From a virus (Duplodnaviria > Caudoviricetes), in IMG/VR virus record IMGVR_UViG_3300005077_000033, positions 1-51,620 of that record: a DNA stretch of 51,620 nucleotides; one strand, 5' to 3'. The notes under the pieces were generated by a model. It was not told the DNA's origin and searched no databases. It was given only the letters and a program-made list of their open reading frames with translations. The position numbers were made by a program, and so were the translations under genes. This document shows, in pieces, positions 45,021 to 51,620 of this stretch. Numbering within the stretch: the first letter of the stretch is position 1; each line of letters starts with the position of its first letter.

Positions 45021-47569
45021 CTCAACGCCTCCGGTAACCAATCAGTGTCGCTCGGATCACTGAGTGACGAAATTTCCCCTTCAGGATAACGAATGATAAG
45101 CGGAATAGACACGTCAACACCACCCTTGCGAACACAGTCATAACACGCCATAGCCAACGCCACAGCCCCGTCAACTGGTCTGCGGCTGGTGGCGTCCTTC
45201 ACAATCCTGAAGCCTCTGCCCCTATCCTCAGCAGCGGCAAAGATTACATGTTCTCTCAACTCGTCCTCTGGGTAGACCTCTATGCCTCTTGTCTTAAACA
45301 ACTCAAACAGGTTCTGCGACATGGCCATTGTATTCTGAACAGTCTGGTCAAACCGAACCATGTTCAGTCCCTTGGATGCCATCACAATGGAGGAACGATG
45401 GAACTGATAGGGGTCGTACATTACGGTAGAGATATTGAGTACCTTCTTCATGTCAAATACATACTGCTCAATCTCTCCGGGATCAAGTTCGTTACCTGCA
45501 CCTTTGCCGGGGTGCCATATACGATTGAAGGCGAGACAGACCTTATTCCTGTCTGTATCAAAATACACCCCAACCACGGCAGCCCTGTCCCCGTTCACAC
45601 TGATGTCGATACCCACGGAAACCGGAGACCTGTACCACTTTGACTGCTTCTCGTACAGCAGGGGGGACTTCAGCACTTCCGCCCTGTCCCAATACTTCTT
45701 CGGAATAAATGCAGACTGCGCCGTTACCCACTCGTTTCGGTGGAGGCGGAGAAACTGTTCTGGTCGCAGCTCTGTGGTCTGTTCCTCATAATACTCAGGC
45801 GTCTGCCACGGCAAGCGGGGAACACTATCCCAATAAGCAAACCTGCTTCCTCGCCGCCAGCACACGGGCTTGCCGTTATTGTCTACTATGTCTTCCAGTT
45901 CGGGAACAGGCTCTCCCCTCAGTACAATGTCTTCATACATATCCCACAGCAGGTCACTCTCTCCCTGAAATCCTGCATAAGTAACGATTACTTTGAGGGG
46001 GTACTGTACCGTAGGAGGCAAAGTCATTTCCTCCCATAGACGCCTGCTCTGCTCCGAAATGTACGCCCACAGCTCATCGAATAGAACAAAGGATTGCCGT
46101 CCGCCCGCCGCCGATTTGTACTCCTGAGCCAGCACATAACCAATTGACCCATTAAGCATCTCCACCTTGTCCTTGCGCGGTACTGCCAAGCCTGCCTTTG
46201 TCAAATGGTAGCTGACATCTCCGTAAGCCCTCATTGCAGTCTGTTCCTTATCGTTCGCTATCAGATATACCTCTGAAAACGCTGGAGCTTCTTCGAGATA
46301 CCAACTGGTAAGTGCGGCTCCAATAGTAGTGTTATGAGTAGGAATAAAAGAACGTCCCACCACAAACAAATGAGAATCTGAATCCACCATCAAGCACCGC
46401 ACAGGAACACTGTCCACTTCCTCTACCGCAACAATACTGTTTGTTTTCGATCTCGCCTTTCTGTCCGGCGAGTCGACCTGCCTTTCTCTTTTTCTAGTGA
46501 GATTAAATACTGGAATATCATTGTGTGCCGTGAAGTGGATTCGGTATTTAGTCCCTATAACCCTTCCGTATAATGTAGCCTGACCAGTAATTACTTTGGA
46601 CTTAATTCCCAGAGAAGCCAGCAATTCCCATACATCTTCTGCCAGATTTTTATTTGTCGAAGTAAATTCACATCTTCCCTTTTCGCTAATGTATCCATCC
46701 GAATCCATTAAACCTCTGAGAAGTTCCAGCCTGTCATGTCTTGTAGCCCTGAGATAGGAAATGGGAATGTGTTTGTTATCACGTAACTTCCATTTTCTCA
46801 GAAAGTATCCGAAGGTGTGGGTTCTGGTCGAAATGTCCCCTCCGACCTTATCACCAAACAGGACACTCGGTGGTCTATTCTTATGCCTTTTGATTCTGGC
46901 ATCTATACCTCTATCCCTCAACAGAGAAACCAATTCTTCAATATCTGCATCACCAGATGTTATACGAGTTGATGTAGAACTTCCGTCTCCCAACCACACT
47001 CCTATGAGATAGGGATCAAAAGGCAATCCGCTGTTACCGCCCGCTATTCCTGCTGACACTGCCACTCTGTTCGTATACCCCCCACAGAGTCCCTCCACCT
47101 CGCCCGCCAATTCTTCTGTAGTCTTTATAGAAGGGGTGTGATGAAACTGATCCAGCACTTCCCAGTCGTGGTCAGATGAAGCTATTACTCTCTCCCCATT
47201 GGCAAATTCAATTTCATAGCACCTACGACCATACATCACATCGGTTACGTACTTAACCCTAACTGGATTTCCTTCCACATCAAATACATAATCTCCGACC
47301 CTGATGTCCCCCATCGTCCTATACCCATCCGGTGTAGGAACAATAGTGGAAAGTGCCAAAGGTTTTCCTGATTTTTTGATCGTACTGTACACCACCGTTG
47401 TATACGGGAATTTATTTGTCTCTGGATTGAGGGTAAAGGCATGACTCAATATACGTTCCTGAAAGGGGAACAACTTCATCTTTTCCTCTTTCTGGAAACC
47501 ATCAATCGGATCATACGCATCCCTGATCCAGAACCCCTTTGAGTTGAACCAATCAAGAAAATTTTTCAT
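45017..47569 (-). CDS. terL: Terminase large subunit containing an intein
   Basis: Walker A KKSGK|T split by the intein; Walker B FVLFDELW; nuclease motifs VGID, YDPY, VDGAVALAMA. Confidence 0.92.
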   Translation of the reverse strand: MKNFLDWFNSKGFWIRDAYDPIDGFQKEEKMKLFPFQERILSHAFTLNPETNKFPYTTVVYSTIKKSGKPLALSTIVPTPDGYRTMGDIRVGDYVFDVEGNPVRVKYVTDVMYGRRCYEIEFANGERVIASSDHDWEVLDQFHHTPSIKTTEELAGEVEGLCGGYTNRVAVSAGIAGGNSGLPFDPYLIGVWLGDGSSTSTRITSGDADIEELVSLLRDRGIDARIKRHKNRPPSVLFGDKVGGDISTRTHTFGYFLRKWKLRDNKHIPISYLRATRHDRLELLRGLMDSDGYISEKGRCEFTSTNKNLAEDVWELLASLGIKSKVITGQATLYGRVIGTKYRIHFTAHNDIPVFNLTRKRERQVDSPDRKARSKTNSIVAVEEVDSVPVRCLMVDSDSHLFVVGRSFIPTHNTTIGAALTSWYLEEAPAFSEVYLIANDKEQTAMRAYGDVSYHLTKAGLAVPRKDKVEMLNGSIGYVLAQEYKSAAGGRQSFVLFDELWAYISEQSRRLWEEMTLPPTVQYPLKVIVTYAGFQGESDLLWDMYEDIVLRGEPVPELEDIVDNNGKPVCWRRGSRFAYWDSVPRLPWQTPEYYEEQTTELRPEQFLRLHRNEWVTAQSAFIPKKYWDRAEVLKSPLLYEKQSKWYRSPVSVGIDISVNGDRAAVVGVYFDTDRNKVCLAFNRIWHPGKGAGNELDPGEIEQYVFDMKKVLNISTVMYDPYQFHRSSIVMASKGLNMVRFDQTVQNTMAMSQNLFELFKTRGIEVYPEDELREHVIFAAAEDRGRGFRIVKDATSRRPVDGAVALAMACYDCVRKGGVDVSIPLIIRYPEGEISSLSDPSDTDWLPEALR
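45979..45993. promoter_or_regulatory. Palindromic site AAGTAA-CGA-TTACTT (copy 6, intragenic)
   Basis: Exact consensus match inside terL. Confidence 0.6.
46331..47362 (-). mobile_element. Class 3 intein (344 aa) with LAGLIDADG homing endonuclease
   Basis: Starts PLALST, ends THN|T; SSDHDW, VRCLMV, PTHN; YLIGVWLGDG and LLRGLMDSDG. Confidence 0.9.
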
Positions 47570-47668
47570 CTACCCCGCCTTTACATAAAGGATATACTCA
47601 GTATATCACGTATAGAATCAATAAGGCAACTATGCTATAATGAAACATCACGCAAAAAGGAGAATAGC

Positions 47669-48358
47669 ATGAAAGGAAGAAAAGAAAGAACCAAGTGTCC
47701 CATTTGCGGGACCACCCGACCAGACGTACAACAGCATGTAAGTGTCGGTCCCATCATCAGCATGGACGACCCCCTTAACATACTGGATGAGGTAGAGATC
47801 GGATACATATCCCATTACTACGAGTGCCCTGAATGTTCGATCATGTACCAGTCTCCGTACTTCATCACATCAAAGTCCAATCGTCTGGTTGATAAGATTG
47901 TGGACAAGCACAGATTTATCCAGATACAGGAATCGGAACAGGACCACCACAGGGAGTTTCTTACCGAGATGCTGGGGAAGGACCTTCTGTACCCGTATGC
48001 GCAGAAAGGACTATCCTCAGCCCCCCTGCTGGAAAAGGACCCGTCAAGCTATAGCAGGTTCTCTCCGACAGAAGGAACCTACAATCTGACTATCCTGTCC
48101 AACTTCCTGTCGGCTGTTGTCGATCCAGTGGCGTCCTTGAATCAGGTGAGGGATGAGTCCATCACCCATGATGGATATATTTACATAACTGAGTTACTGC
48201 CGAACGCAAGTGACTTTGCTTTCAATCTTGCAGCAAAGGCAGTATTCAACTCCAAGTCTATGATCTACCTGCTGAGACTCTGCCACTTGGACATCGTAGG
48301 TATCTGTACCTCCGTCGAAAACCTTGGCATCCTGTGTAAAAAAGAAGCCCTCAATTAG
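47669..48358 (+). CDS. Zn-binding, degenerate class I SAM methyltransferase-like protein
   Basis: CPICG...CPECS N-terminus; YNLTILSNFLSAVVDP...DGYIYI; own TG-C-TATAAT promoter at 47633-47641 and AAGGAG RBS. Confidence 0.55.
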   Translation: MKGRKERTKCPICGTTRPDVQQHVSVGPIISMDDPLNILDEVEIGYISHYYECPECSIMYQSPYFITSKSNRLVDKIVDKHRFIQIQESEQDHHREFLTEMLGKDLLYPYAQKGLSSAPLLEKDPSSYSRFSPTEGTYNLTILSNFLSAVVDPVASLNQVRDESITHDGYIYITELLPNASDFAFNLAAKAVFNSKSMIYLLRLCHLDIVGICTSVENLGILCKKEALN

Positions 48359-48723
48359 AGGGCTTCCTCTTTACAGTTCAGGCACAGAGGACCTTCCTCT
48401 GGTGGATAGTTCTTCTGCTTCAGGCGACGGTAAAATACAACAGAGTTCTCTGCGAATTTCAGGGTTCTGTGTGTCCCCTTCGCCCCACATGAAATACAGG
48501 TATGATCGTAGGCAGTGAGGGCTTCTTCCCTCAGACGGATACGATCCTCCGCCCTTTGTTTACGGTACTCTGTTTCATACTCCAGTCGGCACTCCCGGCA
48601 ATACTGACTGCGCCCGTCTGGGCGGCTTGCCTGTTCACTGAAATCCTCCACACCTTTCACGACACCACAACGCGGACAATACTTCAGTCCTTCCCCTTCT
48701 GGTATTACTGTCTTTCGTGCCAC
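48355..48723 (-). CDS. Zinc-finger protein, degenerate HNH-type
   Basis: CPRC...F...PDGRSQYCREC; CISC...LCLNC. Confidence 0.6.
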   Translation of the reverse strand: MARKTVIPEGEGLKYCPRCGVVKGVEDFSEQASRPDGRSQYCRECRLEYETEYRKQRAEDRIRLREEALTAYDHTCISCGAKGTHRTLKFAENSVVFYRRLKQKNYPPEEGPLCLNCKEEAL

Positions 48724-49877
48724 TATGCACCTCCCATAAACACCACACTTGGAAACATTTCTGCCTCAATTCGTACCATCTTCTCCTGCTGTGCAATCAC
48801 TTTCTCTATGTCTTTATACGCCCTCCACGTCTCGTCCGGTTTGACCCCCTCATAATAAATATCCATTTCTTGCATGTAGTCCTCAAATTCCTTTTGATCG
48901 AAAGCCGCCCGTGCTTTTTTGCGGGAAGTGACTCTGCCCGCTCCGTGAGAAGCCGACCACAATGCTGGTTCGTAGCCAAGACCCTCCACCAGAAAAGACT
49001 TTGATCCAGAGGAACCCGGTATTACAGAGAGCATATCACTATGGGCGGGGGTTGCCCCCTTGCGGTGCAATATTTTCCCCCCGGGGAGCACTGTTGCATA
49101 GTTATGCCGAGTATGAACACAGGAACGAATAACGGAGGTTCCGCCAACCTGTTTTACAAAACGATCCCGAATGATTATGTGCGACTCCCACGCATAATCC
49201 ACAAGAGCACGATGCGCCCTCATGTATTCCTGACCTAGGTCGGTATCAAGTTCCAGCCAGCCATAATCTTTCTCAATCCCTTTCGGTCGGATTTGATTGG
49301 ACTGTTCTATATAGTGTGTAGCTACCTTATTCCCTGTCCCTCTGGAACCTGAGTGTGTCATCAGAGCAATACACGGCGCCCCGTCGGAAAGGAAATGCTG
49401 TGAGTCTTTTACCGGAGTAAAAATCAAGATGTCCGCAAAGTGATTGCCGCCGCCGGAGGTTCCAAGCTGAGAGATAGCCAAGTCACGGTTACTTCTCAAA
49501 ACAGGCAAGTCCATCCAGTCTGGATTGTCCTCCATGATCTGGCTTTCTGTGATTGTGCTTCTTCCTCCGACCCCCATCACAGTAGCCTCTCTGAGTGCCT
49601 TGATGTACTGACTGCGGTTCTTTAGAAACTCGGCAGCTGTGTTGTGAAGGACTGTCAACATAACGGAACATCCGATGTCCAACCCGACATATGCAGGGGA
49701 TACAGCATTATCCATCAGCACAACCCCACCGATAGGGATGGAATATCCAACGTGACCATCCGGCATCAACGCCCCGCGAATAACCGGAGGAATACTGACA
49801 GCCTTCTGAAACTGTGTCAGTGTCTCTGAGTCAAAGTCCTCTCCTACTTTTCCGAACAGTACATAATTTCTTTTCAT
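48723..49877 (-). CDS. rtcB: RtcB RNA ligase
   Basis: MPDGHVGYSIPIGG, DIGC, LGTSGGGNHF, HSGSRG, HNYA, HRKGAT, IPGS, SHGAGR, DE..AYKDI; RBS before ATG 49877. Confidence 0.95.
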   Translation of the reverse strand: MKRNYVLFGKVGEDFDSETLTQFQKAVSIPPVIRGALMPDGHVGYSIPIGGVVLMDNAVSPAYVGLDIGCSVMLTVLHNTAAEFLKNRSQYIKALREATVMGVGGRSTITESQIMEDNPDWMDLPVLRSNRDLAISQLGTSGGGNHFADILIFTPVKDSQHFLSDGAPCIALMTHSGSRGTGNKVATHYIEQSNQIRPKGIEKDYGWLELDTDLGQEYMRAHRALVDYAWESHIIIRDRFVKQVGGTSVIRSCVHTRHNYATVLPGGKILHRKGATPAHSDMLSVIPGSSGSKSFLVEGLGYEPALWSASHGAGRVTSRKKARAAFDQKEFEDYMQEMDIYYEGVKPDETWRAYKDIEKVIAQQEKMVRIEAEMFPSVVFMGGA

Positions 49878-49884
49878 AACTTCC

Positions 49885-50487
49885 TCACCTTTTCTGGAAT
49901 ACCCAGTATACCGAATGGTTCTTCCGTGCATGGTGCTGGTAGTTGTGCCTCATGACGGGGGCACGGGAATTCGTCTGGATAAACATATCCACATCTGTCA
50001 TTCCCATTTCTTCTACCGCCATCCGCCAGACTCCAATAGACTGCCTCGTCTGCTTTCCACTTTCAATCTGATCCTGACACTTTACGACCATATAGCCATC
50101 AACTCTCAGCACTCTCCACGCTTCCTCCATGAAGTCCCTGTATAGACCAAGAACAGCTTCCATGCCGTGCTTCTTTCTCTTGTTGTTATTATATCCATCT
50201 ATCGTCATCGGACAACCACTCCCTTGCTTGTAGGGCGGGTCAATAACAACCACGTCGAGAGAGAAGTCATCATAGGGGAGACTGGTTCCATCTTCTGCCG
50301 GAACATCACCAGAAAAAAGATCGGAGGGTAAAAAAGTAAAACGGGAGGTGTCGATGTTTTTCCAGAACACTCCCTTCCCGTATGTGACGTCCGCAACAAT
50401 GAAACCATCTTCAAAAAACAATGTGGCGATGGCATCCATCACCACACTGCTGTCTCCCATGTACGAAGTAACCACGGGAAAATTCAT
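49885..50487 (-). CDS. DNA amino-methyltransferase
   Basis: DVTYGKGVFW, VIDPPY, EAWRVL, KCQD. Confidence 0.8.
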   Translation of the reverse strand: MNFPVVTSYMGDSSVVMDAIATLFFEDGFIVADVTYGKGVFWKNIDTSRFTFLPSDLFSGDVPAEDGTSLPYDDFSLDVVVIDPPYKQGSGCPMTIDGYNNNKRKKHGMEAVLGLYRDFMEEAWRVLRVDGYMVVKCQDQIESGKQTRQSIGVWRMAVEEMGMTDVDMFIQTNSRAPVMRHNYQHHARKNHSVYWVFQKR

Positions 50488-50891
50488 TGTATCGTTTCCT
50501 CCGAGTCTGTACCGCCCCCAGAGAGAACCGCAAACATTTCCCTAGCGATTCTCTCGCTAACCTCTTCTGCTCCGACACGAACCGCATCCCTCTCCCCAAA
50601 AGAATATCCATCCGAGAGATCGAAAGAACGACCATCAGGTCGAAGGGCGGACATCTGCCAGTACGACATTTCCCACTCCTCCGGCTCTGGAAGGGTGTCC
50701 GTTCCGTCGTAGGGCATCACACCGACAATAGGGTCTTCGTCTTCCTTTCCGATATGAACGACCATCACAACACCCTTTGTCCCGATCAACTCGTCCAGAT
50801 GCTCATTACCGCCCTGCGAGGTCGGCGCAACGTATTCAACCACATCACCGGGGCACAGCCCGTACTTCTCCAACATGTCACGGAATTTCAT
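50484..50891 (-). CDS. Hypothetical protein
   Basis: ATGA-coupled operon. Confidence 0.65.
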   Translation of the reverse strand: MKFRDMLEKYGLCPGDVVEYVAPTSQGGNEHLDELIGTKGVVMVVHIGKEDEDPIVGVMPYDGTDTLPEPEEWEMSYWQMSALRPDGRSFDLSDGYSFGERDAVRVGAEEVSERIAREMFAVLSGGGTDSEETIQ

Positions 50892-51142
50892 TTTTCCTTG
50901 TCCTTTCCTTTTATGTCATGTGTAAAAACAACGGCATCCTGTACTACCTCGCTTGTCCTGTCGTATCGTTCCCACTCTCCTTCCGAGCTGTAGGCTTCCA
51001 GCGCTTCCACCGTAACAGGGTAAAAAGCAAACTGCCCGTCTCTGGAACCTCCCCTGAATAATACCATTTCCACTTCACCGTAATCTTCCATTACATTAAA
51101 CCTCACTTTTGTATGTTTGTCAAGCAAACTAATTGTATTCAA
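50888..51142 (-). CDS. Hypothetical protein
   Basis: Coupled to neighbours; start codon uncertain. Confidence 0.55.
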   Translation of the reverse strand: MNTISLLDKHTKVRFNVMEDYGEVEMVLFRGGSRDGQFAFYPVTVEALEAYSSEGEWERYDRTSEVVQDAVVFTHDIKGKDKEK

Positions 51143-51378
51143 TCAAAACCAGTGAAATCTCTTGTATCGCCCCGGATAACTGCAATTGCATTAGTACGCA
51201 CCGCCACCTCTTCCACTACCCGCATACCATCGAACAGCACGTCATAAGCCAGCAGGATTTCCTGAAGTCGTCTCCTTTCTATGGTAACTACCCGCAACTG
51301 ACTGCGAGACAGCTTCCGTAAATCTTCAAACTCCGGCTTCCGTATTGGAGCCTTCTGTACTCCCTTCTTCCTTTTCAT
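51139..51378 (-). CDS. Hypothetical protein
   Basis: 79 aa; ATGA overlap with the upstream small ORF. Confidence 0.6.
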   Translation of the reverse strand: MKRKKGVQKAPIRKPEFEDLRKLSRSQLRVVTIERRRLQEILLAYDVLFDGMRVVEEVAVRTNAIAVIRGDTRDFTGFD

Positions 51379-51479
51379 TCTCTGTCCCTTCCCCTTTCGT
51401 TGCCCGTATCGTGCCCGTTGTCCGGCGCGCGCAACGCGTCATCCAATGCGCGCCACGATCCGCATCGTGGGCAGTGCAT
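51375..51479 (-). CDS. 34-aa peptide with CxxC (MHCPRCGSW...)
   Basis: GGAGGAG RBS; TAATG and ATGA overlaps with both neighbours; below the ORF-track cutoff. Confidence 0.5.
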   Translation of the reverse strand: MHCPRCGSWRALDDALRAPDNGHDTGNERGRDRE

Positions 51480-51619
51480 TACTCCTCCTCCGGCGGCGGT
51501 ACCGGATCACCGCACTCACGCGCCGCGGAAATCCATGTTTTTGCTGCATCGATCAAACATAGCGGCAAATCCTCCCACGTCTCTGCGGTTGTCATACACC
51601 CCGGAAGGGATGGCACAAG
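51479..51619 (-). CDS. hicB: HicB-family antitoxin-like protein (5' truncated by the window edge)
   Basis: Manual translation LVPSLPGCMTTAETWEDLPLCLIDAAKTWISAARECGDPVPPP matches the HicB pattern VP.LPGC.T.GET.EE.....DA...W......G.P.P.P. Confidence 0.75.
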   Translation of the reverse strand, partial: LVPSLPGCMTTAETWEDLPLCLIDAAKTWISAARECGDPVPPPEEE

Positions 51620-51620
51620 C

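Noticed and set aside
1-51620. Prophage boundaries, att sites or terminal repeats
   Set aside because: No integrase or host genes; the ends do not match and HicB is cut at the right edge, so the genome is incomplete

Overview
The window is a near-complete, podovirus-like dsDNA phage genome (about 50% GC). No integrase, host genes, CRISPR array or terminal repeat are visible. The + strand (1-18 kb) carries early genes and a replication/recombination module: SNF2 helicase, primase, DnaB-like helicase, PolA, methyltransferase, UDG-like protein, RecA, PD-(D/E)XK nuclease, RuvC-like resolvase and an ERI-1-like exonuclease. The - strand (18-51.6 kb) carries lysis, tail, capsid, a 3063-aa LysM-tipped virion protein, portal, an intein-containing terminase, RtcB, a second methyltransferase and a partial HicB. 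The main discovery is a phage-encoded Ro60 (TROVE) locus preceded, under one sigma70-type promoter, by three structured RNAs. One is a compact Y RNA. Another is a tRNA in normal (non-permuted) topology whose anticodon arm is replaced by a Y-RNA-like Ro-binding stem. Together with RtcB, the exoribonuclease-like gene and a phosphoesterase, this suggests a phage RNA repair/anti-defence system. Other signals are a genome-wide palindrome AAGTAA-NNN-TTACTT (6 perfect copies), two candidate antisense-strand sRNAs, a Pro1 class 3 intein, and apparent CCWGG/GGCC avoidance. All product calls come from motif recognition by eye; no searches were run.
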